A model generated the notes under the pieces. It made no database searches, had not been told where the DNA came from, and saw only the letters and a list, made by a program, of their open reading frames with translations. Shown here piece after piece: positions 1 through 9,706 of a stretch of DNA of 64,000 nt; within the stretch, counting starts at the first letter, position 1; the number at the start of each line of letters is the position of its first letter. Origin of the DNA: an uncultured delta proteobacterium. Its GTDB lineage: Bacteria; Desulfobacterota; Binatia; UBA9968. The stretch lies in NCBI GenBank assembly GCA_963745035.1, contig CAVUVW010000027.1:192001-256000 (forward strand), read 5' to 3'. The translations under genes and the position numbers were made by a program.

Positions 1-100
1 AGATGAACACGGCTGGAGGCAGATTCAGTTAAGAGGGATCATTCGAACGGCGCAGCGAATGGCTGCTCGTAACCCGGAAGTCCGGGTAAAAAGATGCGAT

Positions 101-550
101 ATGAATCCGAAAATTCTCGAATCTTTGAAATTGGAGCATGACGAGCTGCACGCAGATCTCGTCCGGGCGACCAAAGCCGGCGGCAAGACGGGCGAGGCGG
201 CGAAAGATGTGGCGAAAGTTCTCCATGATCATTTCGTAAAGGAGGAAGAATTCGCGCTGCCGCCGATCAGTTTGTTGGCTGCGCTGGCGCGCGGCGAAGT
301 CGACGAACGAATGCGCGGTGTTTTGGTGATGACCGATCGGCTCAAGGCTGAGCTGCCGGATATGTTTCGGGAACATGAAGCCGTCGTGGCGGCGCTAGAA
401 AGACTAGCCGCGGCGGCGGAGGAAGAAAAATTGCCGGAACACGCGCGCTTTGCGGAAAAGTTGAGGCTGCACGCGAAAACAGAAGAAGACGTTCTCTATC
501 CGGCCGCCATACTGGTCGGCGAATATCTTAAACTCAAGCTGGCGATCTAG
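101..550 (+). CDS. hemerythrin (HHE) domain protein
   Basis: Motifs EHDELH, HFVKEE, EH, HAKTEEDVLYP fit the H/HxxxE di-iron hemerythrin pattern; ATG at 101 preferred over the ORF-track start at 59. Confidence 0.85.
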   Translation: MNPKILESLKLEHDELHADLVRATKAGGKTGEAAKDVAKVLHDHFVKEEEFALPPISLLAALARGEVDERMRGVLVMTDRLKAELPDMFREHEAVVAALERLAAAAEEEKLPEHARFAEKLRLHAKTEEDVLYPAAILVGEYLKLKLAI

Positions 551-599
551 ATAGCCTCAGCGCAGCTATGGGCAGAGGCCCGACGAAGGATACTTCTTT

Positions 600-1097
600 A
601 TGCCCGGAGCAATTCACCGCTATCTTGCCGGCGATCACGAGCGTCTCGATACCTTACTCGAGCGCGCCATGTCGGATCCGGAAAATATCGACGCCGCGGC
701 CTACGCCGAATTTCGCGCCGGTTTGCTCAAGCACATTGGCATCGAAGAGAAGGTGCTTTTCCCGGCGGCACGAAAGCAGCGTGGCGGCGAAGCTCTTCCA
801 CTGGCGGCCAAGCTGCGCCTCGACCACGGTGCGTTGACGGCACTGCTCGTGCCGTTACCGACGCCGCCGATTGTTGCGGCGATTCGCGCGATTCTCAGGG
901 CCCATAACACCATTGAAGAGGACGCCGGAGGTGCCTACGAACAGTGCGAAGAGTTGACCGGCGCCGAGATCGATCGGATTTTGCTCGAGATGCGCAATTT
1001 TCCTGATGTGAAAGTGCTGCCGCATGTCGACAGCCAGTTTGTCATGGAGGCTGCGCGCCGAGCGCTGGCAAGAGCGGGCTACAACTTGAAGGTGTGA
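600..1097 (+). CDS. hemerythrin (HHE) domain protein
   Basis: DHERLD, HIGIEEKVLFP, DH and HNTIEE motifs. Confidence 0.85.
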   Translation: MPGAIHRYLAGDHERLDTLLERAMSDPENIDAAAYAEFRAGLLKHIGIEEKVLFPAARKQRGGEALPLAAKLRLDHGALTALLVPLPTPPIVAAIRAILRAHNTIEEDAGGAYEQCEELTGAEIDRILLEMRNFPDVKVLPHVDSQFVMEAARRALARAGYNLKV

Positions 1098-1249
1098 GTT
1101 CCGCGCTATTGACCAGTGCGCGCTGCCGCGAGTAACCCTACCAGAACACACTGCAATTGAGGCTTTGGCGAAGTAATCGTTCGCGTCACGCTGCGCCGGG
1201 AATAAGATCGCAACAAGGAGCGTGGCCGCTGACTGCGCGACTTGCTGTC

Positions 1250-3539
1250 TCAAACTCGCTCGCGTTTCGGCTCGAATGTGTAGAGCGTGCTTGGTAGCTC
1301 AGTCTCGGCTTCGATCCGGCGCGGGTTCGGATAGCGCAAGGCCTGCCAGCAGAGCCAGACCAGAGGGAAAGCTCCGCCGATGATGAATAGAGCGTCGCCC
1401 GGCAGGCGCAACCATTCGAGAACATTGACCCAGGGCAAATCGATAAACGCCAAACTCCGCGCGTACCAGTAGCCAATGTCCACGGCGTAATAGAGCTGGA
1501 CGATGCCGAGCGGGAAAAGATTGACGAACGCCATCCACGCCAAGCCGATATTCAGAGACCAGAAAGAAATCTTGGCCGCGCGATCGCTCCACCGTTCGGC
1601 ACGCAGTCAAGTAACGCAAACAGAACAGCAGAAGCCCGGCGGCCAGCATGCCGTATACTCCCATCATCGCGGTGTGGGCGTGATTGGCGGTGAGCGCGGT
1701 GCCGATTTCATAATAGCTTACGACCGGCAGATTGATTAAGAATCCAAATACTCCGGCGCCGAGAAAATTCCACACCCCTACCGAGACCAGAAACCAGACG
1801 GCCCAGCGGTGCAAATGATAGCGTTCGGCAGTCTTCTGTTCCCCCGATTTGATAAACGACCAGGCCTCGAGGGACAGCAGCAACAATGGGATCACCTCCA
1901 TAGCGGAGAAAGTCGCGCCGAGAGCGAGATGCGCCACCGGCGTGCCGCTAAAATAGAGGTGGTGCATCGTGCCGATGACGCCGCCGAGGGAGTAGAGGAT
2001 GATATCTAAATAGATAACGCGCAGGGCGGTGCTCTGGCGCACGACTCCCAACAAGACGAACATGTAGGCAACGACCACGGTGGTAAACAGTTCGAGAAAA
2101 TCTTCCACCCAGAGATGCACCACCCAAAAGCGCCAGAAGTCATTGACCACAAAGCTTTCACGAGGGCTCGCAAGCAAACCGACGGCGTAGAAGGCGGGAA
2201 TGGCGAGGGCGGCGTAGAAGAGCAACCACGGCATGTTGCCGAAGTGTTGCTCGCGCAGGGTTCCGCGCAGGCCGCGAAACAATATGAAGACCCAAAGAAA
2301 AAGACCGACGACGAGCAGGATCTGCCAGAGCCTGCCGAGATCGAGATATTCCCAGCCCTGATGACCCAGCCAAAACCAGAGCCCCTCGCCCAACCAGCCG
2401 CGCGCGCCGGCGTACTCGCCCGCGAGACTGCCGAAGACGACGATGGCAACGGCGATGAGAAGCACAATGGTAAGCGCGCCCTGGCCGCGGCGCTCCCGCC
2501 CAGCGATCAGCGGCACAATGAAAATACCGGTTGCGAGGTAAGAGGCCGATACCCAGAATATCGCCAGCTGAACGTGCCAGGTGCGCATGATGTTAAAAGG
2601 TAGGATCGCCGAGAAGTCGATGCCGAAAAATCCTTCCGGTTCGGCGCGATAGTGCGCGATCAGGCCGCCGGTCAAAGTTTGCAAGACAAAGAGCAACGAA
2701 GACACGAAGAGAAACCATACGATGGCTCTCTGCGCCGGGCGTAACCGCCACTTGCTCGATGGAACGGAATTGAACCGGTTTGGTTTCCGCGTCGCTCCAG
2801 CCCAGCCAGTCGTAGCGGCCAAAAAAATACAGGATGAGACCGGTTCCGCCTAACAGGCCGATGATGGAAATCACGCTCCAGATAATGGCATCGGCGGTAA
2901 TGAAATTACCCGCCAGCGGCTCCGGCGGCCAGTTATTGGTGTACGAGTAGGATTGTCCGGGACGATTCGCCGTCGCGGTCCAGGCCGTCCACGCAAAGAA
3001 AGCGGTGAGTTTGCGAATATCTTCGGGATTGGTAATCCACTCGGCCTGTGCTCCGCCGCGCGTTTGTTTTGCAAAAAACATCGAGCGGTAGTGCTCCTCC
3101 ATCATTTTGTGCGCCGCCGCTCTCGGCGCGCTCCAGCCAAGCGAATCCTCCGCCGGGTTGTAAGTGTTTTCGTGCAGCTCGGCGGCAACCCGCTCGCGCG
3201 CTGAGAGATCCGCCGGCGGGCACGCCCGCATAAGCCTCGATGAGAAACTCGGCGCTTTTGTGCAGGTACTCGGCGGTAAAATCGGGGCCGAGATAAGCGC
3301 CATGGCCATAAACCGAGCCATACTCCATCAACCCATAGCGCTGGAAAACATTCATGCCGCTGACAATATCGTCGCGGCTAAACAGGATCTTCGTCTCCTG
3401 CAACGACTTTGGCGGGGATCGGCGGTTGGTCACGGTAGACCAGATAGGCGAGGATGCCGAGCACGGTAAAACCGAAGAGGTAAGTCAGCATCGCTCCTTG
3501 AAACCAAAGAGACGAAATCGGCATGGGTTCCCTTGCCAT
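1250..3539 (-). CDS. norB: quinol-dependent nitric oxide reductase (qNor), split by at least 4 frameshifts
   Basis: Consecutive fragments carry GSVYGHGAYLGPDFTAEYLH, SYTNNWPPEP, HVQLAIFW, WVVHLWVEDFLELF, GTMHHLYF, HAHTAMMGVYG and WLRLPGD; GGAGG RBS before ATG 3539. Confidence 0.9.
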
Positions 3540-3744
3540 AAGATCGTACCTCCGCCTTTCCTCATTCATAGTCCGCGATTTCCATGCAAATCAATGGGGA
3601 ACAATAGCGGAACGCCTATCAAGGTCCTATGGCTGCGGTGCCAGATTGGCTGCGACGCAGTTCTTACTGGTGGCAATGAAACGCGCGGATTCTCCGAAAT
3701 ATGAGAAATATCTTCGTTAAAGACTCGAAAAACTGCGGCTTCGT

Positions 3745-3761
3745 TTGGCATTTCTGTTGCT
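3745..3761 (+). promoter_or_regulatory. putative sigma-54 (-24/-12) promoter
   Basis: TTGGCATTTCTGTTGCT has GG-N10-GC spacing, about 50 bp upstream of ATG 3814. Confidence 0.6.
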
Positions 3762-3813
3762 CCTACGAAAGTCATTGTTTCAACGGAGTTCATTTAGTTT
3801 GCAAGGGGGAATC

Positions 3814-4530
3814 ATGTTTACTGACAAGATCGAGCTCAAAGATCTGGACAAAATGGACGCGGAGTATCGAGATCTGCTGGGGCGTGTGCTGACAATACAG
3901 GCGGATTGTGAAATCGGCGGGCCGCATCTTTACGTGGAACAAATGCTCCCTGCGGCGCCCACCAAGCTCGATCAGCTGATTGTAGCGCGCACCGCCGCCG
4001 AGGAGATCGATCACTTTCGCAAAGTGGCACGGGTCGCCGGAGACATGGGAGTTGACGTTTCTTTTGTGCTCAGCCAGCCCAACGAAAAACGCTTCGTTGA
4101 CTCCTTCCGCGGCTTGATCACGACCTGGGAAGACAACGCCGTGTTCGGGTTTCTGATCGACCGGGTTGGGCGCTACCAGCTTGAGGAGTTTTACGATTGC
4201 AGCTACCTGCCGCTGCAGCGCATCCTTCCAGACATCGTGACCGAGGAATTGGGCCACATCGACTACGGCTACAACAAAACTCGCGAGCTGCTCATGAAGG
4301 GTGACGAGCAGAAAGAGCGGGTGCAGAAAGCGGTCGATTACTGGTACGTGCGCGGATTGGATATGTTCGGCCGCAGCGGATCGAAGCGTGCCGAGCGTTA
4401 TCGTCATTGGGGACTCAAGCGGCGTAGCAATGAGCAAGCACGCGAGGACTACATCAACGAAGTCAATCCGATTCTGTTGAGTATGGGCCTTAGAATTCCT
4501 GATCCTCTCAAGGGGCGACGCTATCTCTAA
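3814..4530 (+). CDS. PaaA/PaaC/BoxB-like ferritin-fold di-iron protein (aryl-CoA epoxidase family)
   Basis: QADCE, AAPT, EEIDH, SYLPL, EELGH, LDMFG and WGLKRRSNE motifs; GGGGGA RBS. Confidence 0.8.
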   Translation: MFTDKIELKDLDKMDAEYRDLLGRVLTIQADCEIGGPHLYVEQMLPAAPTKLDQLIVARTAAEEIDHFRKVARVAGDMGVDVSFVLSQPNEKRFVDSFRGLITTWEDNAVFGFLIDRVGRYQLEEFYDCSYLPLQRILPDIVTEELGHIDYGYNKTRELLMKGDEQKERVQKAVDYWYVRGLDMFGRSGSKRAERYRHWGLKRRSNEQAREDYINEVNPILLSMGLRIPDPLKGRRYL

Positions 4531-4556
4531 ACAGCAGGTACCGAAAGGAGTGTCCA

Positions 4557-4748
4557 ATGACGGAACCAGCAATGAATACCGAACAGCTCGATACGCATCT
4601 CCTTGAAGTGGTGCGCGCGCTACACGGCGCCGTGAAGCAGGGCGTATCGCATGCGAAGGATCCCGCGTTAGTCGATGCAGCTATCACGGACTGTAAAGAG
4701 ATTCTCGACGTCATCATGGCAGGTAAGGTGGAGGAGTGGTTGAACTAG
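4557..4748 (+). CDS. small hypothetical protein (63 aa)
   Basis: AAGGAG RBS; directly downstream of and co-oriented with the PaaA-like gene. Confidence 0.6.
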   Translation: MTEPAMNTEQLDTHLLEVVRALHGAVKQGVSHAKDPALVDAAITDCKEILDVIMAGKVEEWLN

Positions 4749-4801
4749 AAGTTTGCGGGTCACCAGGAGCCACTCGGGTAACTGTTTTCGGGAGGTGGAG
4801 T

Positions 4802-5047
4802 ATGAAAAGAAGAACGAAGGTCGGCATCGTCGTCGGCGCGATCTACGGAATGTCGATTCTGTGGGGCGCGTTTTATCAGTCGTTATCCGAAGGCGCCCTG
4901 ACGATTCTCGCCACGGTCGTGCTCGGGATCGGCGCTGGACTGATCTCCGGTGGCTTGCTTTTCGCCCTGATCGCGATGTGTCCGGCTGAAGAAGAGAAAA
5001 AGGCAGTGTCGTCCGCACATCCCGGAGATTACCGCGCAGCCGCTTGA
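4802..5047 (+). CDS. small two-TM membrane protein
   Basis: GGAGGTGGAG RBS; two hydrophobic segments and a charged tail. Confidence 0.6.
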   Translation: MKRRTKVGIVVGAIYGMSILWGAFYQSLSEGALTILATVVLGIGAGLISGGLLFALIAMCPAEEEKKAVSSAHPGDYRAAA

Positions 5048-5159
5048 TACTTATGCAAACGGCCGATCGGAGGAATTCTCTGTTCGTAGCCCATGACAAG
5101 CTTGTTTCTATGACCAAGCTTGTCACAACACCGCATACTTAACAGCCGCCCCTGGATGG

Positions 5160-5320
5160 CTACGGCCGAGAGCGTTTTGTACGAATTGATCGGTGACGAT
5201 GACGGCGTATTCGGCTGCATGTCGCTGCTCGCCTGCCGCGACCTCTGTCCCAAGAACCTCCCGCTCTCCACGGAGATCGCTTTCCTCAGACGGAAAATGG
5301 CCGCGCAGGACTTTAAGTAA
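5160..5320 (+). pseudogene. frdB: C-terminal relic of fumarate reductase iron-sulfur subunit
   Basis: [29 protein letters not shown]...IAFLRRKM resembles the C-terminus of Wolinella/Campylobacter-type FrdB; the rest of the gene is absent. Confidence 0.7.
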
Positions 5321-5505
5321 TTCAGCTGACCTACCGGTGTTTTTGCTCCGACCCCGATCTGTTACAGCGTCATTCTTTTTGCTCGCTGAGCAGTTACTCG
5401 CGCGGCAGCATTCCTAAACGCGATAGCCGGCTCGATGCGTTTTGCAAAGATGCGAAATTCAATTTCTGCGCGTGGAAAAACATCTGCAGATTCGGCTATT
5501 GACCG

Positions 5506-5521
5506 CGGCATATCGGTTGCG
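5506..5521 (+). promoter_or_regulatory. putative sigma-54 promoter of the DASS transporter
   Basis: CGGCATATCGGTTGCG, GG-N10-GC, about 30 bp upstream of ATG 5551. Confidence 0.45.
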
Positions 5522-5550
5522 TTGTCAGTCGGATGGGAAGGGAGGTTGTT

Positions 5551-7045
5551 ATGAGCAAGATAATGACAACAGGCGAGATGGGTTCCGGCGCGTTGAGCCG
5601 CTCAGAAAAAGCGGCGCACCCGCTGGAGCAATTATTGGAAGGCTTTAGTGCCGATTGTCGTAGGGAGTGGCGTTGTTGTTCTTGCCGATTCCCGAAGGGC
5701 TCACGCCCAACGCCTGGTATTACTTCGCGCTGTTCGTGGCGGTGATCATCGCCTTGATTCTTGAGCCGATTCCCGCCGCGGCAGTGGGATTGATCGGTGT
5801 GACGGCCGCTACAGTGGGACTCCTGGTGACACCCAAGCCGGCCGACGCCATCAAGTGGGCCCTCTCAGGATTTCAGGACGGCACTGTTTGGTTGATCTTC
5901 GTCGCTTTCATGTTTGCGCTGGGCTACGAGAAGACCGGTCTGGGTCGGCGCGTGGCGCTGAATCTGGTGAAATGGCTCGGCAAGAAGACACTTGGCCTCG
6001 GCTATGCCGTGGCGTTGGCGGATCTCGCCCTCGCGCCGTTTACGCCGTCGAACACCGCGCGCAGCGGTGGCACGATCTTTCCGGTGATCAAGAATATTCC
6101 ACCGCTCTATGGCTCGGAGCCTAATACTCCGACAGCGCGCAAGATCGGTGCGTACATCATGTGGACCGCGTTCGCCACGACCTGTCTGACCAGCGCGATG
6201 TTTCTCACTGGTCTGGCGCCGAATCTTTTGGCGTTGTCGTTGGTGAAGAGCACCGCAAAGGTCGACATCACCTGGACGGAATGGTTCATGGGGATGGCGC
6301 CAGTGGGAATCGGGCTGTTTCTCGATACTGCCGCTGCTCGTCTACAAGATCTATCCGCCGGAGCTCAAGAGCAGCCCCGACGTGCCGGTGTGGGCGGCAG
6401 CCGAGCTCGGCAAGATGGGCCGCATCAAGCTCAAAGAGATCGGCATGGCGCTACTCGCAATGCTCGCTCTTGGGCTTTGGATCTTCGGCGGCGACTTCAT
6501 CAATGCGACCACAGTGGCGCTGCTGGTGTTGTCGTTGATGGTGGTAACCCGCATCGTCGAATGGGACGACGTGCTCGCGCACAAACAGGCGTGGAACGTG
6601 CTCGTGTGGTTTGCCACTCTGGTGACGATGGCAGACGGTTTGAACAAGGTCGGTTTTCTCAAATGGTTTGCCGGCGGCGCGGCCAGCGCCCTGGGCGGCT
6701 ACTCGGTAATGACCATCCTCGTGGCGCTGACGGTGGTGTACTTCGTCGTGCACTACATGTTTGCGAGCCTGACCGCGCATACCACCGCGTTGCTGCCGGT
6801 GCTACTCACCGCGGCGATTGCGGTCCCCGAGATGCCCGTGAAGCTGATTTCCTTGCTGTTCTGCTACACGCTCGGCTTGATGGGGATCATCTCTCCGTAC
6901 GCGACCGGCCCCGGCCCGATCTATTACGGCAGCGGGTACGTGACCCGGAAAGAGTTCTGGACCTTGGGTCTGATCTTCGGAGCGATTTACCTCGCGGCGA
7001 TCCCTGGCGATCGGTATCCCGTACTTGCGGTTCTATCTGGGCTGA
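5551..7045 (+). CDS. DASS family anion permease (CitT/TtdT-like di/tricarboxylate antiporter), frameshifted
   Basis: PIPEGLTPNAW, GYEKTGLGRRVAL, PSNTARSGG, HYMFASLTAHT and PYATGPGPIYYGSGY motifs; frame changes near 5630-5670, 6325 and 7000; true end likely PYLRFYLG-TGA at 7045. Confidence 0.85.
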
Positions 7046-7160
7046 GATCAGCGCATTCTCCCGAGTGGGATCAGGGCTCGCGAAAAGCGAGCCCTGCGTG
7101 TTTGTGGTCAATGAAATTTCAAGCACGCGTCAAATACCAAATATTTTTGTGATGTGAAGC

Positions 7161-7175
7161 TGGCATCCATATTGC
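7161..7175 (+). promoter_or_regulatory. putative sigma-54 promoter
   Basis: TGGCATCCATATTGC, GG-N10-GC, upstream of the kinase/AAA gene. Confidence 0.4.
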
Positions 7176-7189
7176 GGCAAATTGCAGAT

Positions 7190-8769
7190 ATGAAGCGAGA
7201 TCAGGCTACACACTCACAAACCCGCGGTGCTGCTCAGGAAACCTTAGTTTCCGCTATGCTCGATCCGGCATTTTACCCGAATCATCCGGAGGAAATTCTC
7301 CACAAGGAAACTCACATCTCACATATTTTTCTGGTGGGCGCTCTCGTTTACAAAATCAAAAAGCCGGTGCGCTTTCCGTTCTTAGATTTTTCGACGGCGG
7401 CGAAGCGACGTCACTTTCTCGATGCAGAACTGCGACTCAACCGCCGGCTGGCGCCGGCGGTCTATCTTGGCGTGGTGCCGATTTTTCAAGATCATGGAGG
7501 CTGGCGCCTCGATGGGGGCGACGAGCCGATCGAATATGCGCTGCTCATGCGCCGCTTGCCGGAAAAGCGCATGCTCGACTATTTGCTGGAAACCAAGCAA
7601 ACGAGCGCCGCGATGATGGAGCAGTTGGCGGACCGCTTGGCGGCGTTCCACCTTGGCGCGGAACGGGTGAAGAGAGGGGTCTCGGTCGATCACCTGCCGG
7701 CGATTGCGCACGAGTGGCACAAGAATGTTGCGGAGTTGCGGCCGCTTCTGGCAAATGGCAATGAAGGCGATCTCGATGGCATCGCGACAGCGGGGGATCA
7801 TTTTCTTCGGAGCCATGCGGCGCTCATCGCGCGACGGGCGGCGGATGGCTGGGTGCGAGATGTGCACGGCGATCTTCACGCTGAGCATATCTGTTTTGCG
7901 CCGGAGGGCATCCAGATTTTCGATTGCATCGAGTTCAGCGACGAGCTGCGCCGTTGCGATCTAGCTTCCGAGATCGCATTTCTATCGATGGATGTTTCCG
8001 TTCGGGGCGGCGAGCCGCTCATTCGGCCGTTTGTCGAGCGCTATCTCGGAAAGATCGACGATCCGGATATCCAGTCTTGCTGCCTTTTTACGAATGCTAC
8101 CGCGCTTTGGTGCGGGCCAAGGTCCATGCGCTCCGGCTGGGCACCTGGGGAAAGGAATCAACGCGCTACTTCGATTTCGCCAAGCGCTTCAAATGGAACC
8201 GATTTCAACCTTTTCTCGTGCTCGTAAGCGGATTCACCGGTAGCGGTAAGTCGACTCTCGCGCGCGCGCTGGGCGCGCGGCTCGGCATGGTGGTGATCAA
8301 TTCCGATGAAACGCGCAAGCGTATTGCTGGGAAGCAGGGAAGCGAAATTGTGCCGGTGAACACGGGCATCTATAGCCCGGCGATGACCGAGAAAACTTAC
8401 GAAACGATGGCGCTGGAAGCGGAAAGAGAAGTTCGCGCCGGGCGGGGCATGATTTTGGACGGAACTTTCGTGGCGCGCACGCAACGGGAAAAATTTATCC
8501 TGCTGGCACAGCAGTGCAAGATTCCCTTGCTGGTGATTCATTGCCGAGCATCGGAGGATGCGAGCGCGGAGCGGCTTCAACGCAGGGCCGCGGCCGGAGA
8601 GCACACTTCGGACGGACGCTGGGAAATTTATCTGGCTCAGAAAGCAGCGTACGAGGAGATGGATGAAATTCCCGCGGACTCTCGGCTCGAACTCTGCACC
8701 GAAGCGTCTTTGGAGAAACTTGCTGCGCAGGTGGAAGATTTTCTGGCGGCGCGGCTCGATTCCAAGTAG
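7190..8769 (+). CDS. aminoglycoside-phosphotransferase-like kinase fused to P-loop AAA_33 domain (COG2187/COG0645 type), one frameshift
   Basis: ETHISHIFL, YKIKKPV, ELRLNRRLAP, HGDLH and FDCIEF, then GFTGSGKST and SDETRK; frameshift near 8075. Confidence 0.85.
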
Positions 8770-8854
8770 CGCCTCACCTTAACAGAGCTTCGTCGCCTAG
8801 CCCTTCAGACCCTGATGGGACGGCGCTGATTCTCCGTGGTGAAGACCGAGGCCG

Positions 8855-9277
8855 TCAAGTGTCTTCGCTGCCGCGTACCGGACCGCGCATGGATTTTTTA
8901 TCGCTTTGATGGCGTTTGTCGGCAAGCAGGCGGAGCTTGGCGCGGCGTGAGCGCTGCCTCTTTTGCCGGCGAATTTTGGCGATGCGCCGGGCTTCTTCAC
9001 TGGCGACGCCTTTGATCGACGCCTCGATTTTGTCCAGCAAGAGCCGGCGGGCGATGAAACGATTGAGGCCCTGGGAGCGTTCTTTCTGGCAGCGTACGCG
9101 CAGCCCCGTGGGTCGATGGTGCAGCACGACGCAGCTCGACACTTTGTTGACGTTCTGACCGCCAGCTCCCGACGAGCGGATGAATTGCTCGTCGATGTCC
9201 TGCTCGCGAATGCCCATTGCGCGCATGCGCTCCAGCAGCAGGCTCTCTTTGTGCGATGAGACCGGAAAAAGAGCCAT
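8855..9277 (-). CDS. class I peptide release factor-like peptidyl-tRNA hydrolase (ArfB-like ribosome rescue factor)
   Basis: RSSGAGGQNVNK, CQKERSQGLNR and a basic C-terminal tail. Confidence 0.85.
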   Translation of the reverse strand: MALFPVSSHKESLLLERMRAMGIREQDIDEQFIRSSGAGGQNVNKVSSCVVLHHRPTGLRVRCQKERSQGLNRFIARRLLLDKIEASIKGVASEEARRIAKIRRQKRQRSRRAKLRLLADKRHQSDKKSMRGPVRGSEDT

Positions 9278-9706
9278 CGCGCTAGCTCAGCGATGGGCCG
9301 AGGGGCTCAGGGTCCTGGCCGCGTTGCCAAAGCAAACAAGCGAACAGCACAGCAGAAATTTGTTTCAACTTTTGCCTCCCAAAAACCATCGATCGCAAGA
9401 GCCAAACCTTTCGTCAGGGACTCTATACCGTTTCTATTCGCTCATGCTACCTGCCATAGACCGCAGTGTGAAGTAACGTTGTTACGATTTCTAAAAACTA
9501 TAATGGCCCGCGGCCGAACATCCGCTCATGACCTTGGTCTTGCGGTGCTCAGCGTATGCGTCAGCAATTTTGAACGCAAAACGAGGCATAATGAGGTGCC
9601 TCCCGGACTACGCTTGTTGCCTTGGACTCCGAACTGCTATGTTTGGAGTTCACCGTCTCGCTTCAACAGCTCGCTGTTTCAGCAGTTGGACGCGAGTAGA
9701 TTCCGT

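Noticed and set aside
1095-1097. Other TGA stops (e.g. 1097, 5047, 31211, 35544) as Sec read-through candidates
   Set aside because: The domains are complete at the stop, and no conserved in-frame continuation or Cys-equivalent position is seen
1250-3539. Programmed frameshifting or true pseudogene status for qNor
   Set aside because: Multiple scattered indels and the same pattern across many unrelated genes fit sequencing error better
9293-9706. 138-aa N-terminal extension of the antiporter in the ORF track
   Set aside because: Non-protein-like composition over an AT-richer intergenic/promoter region; the family-like sequence begins at ATG 9707
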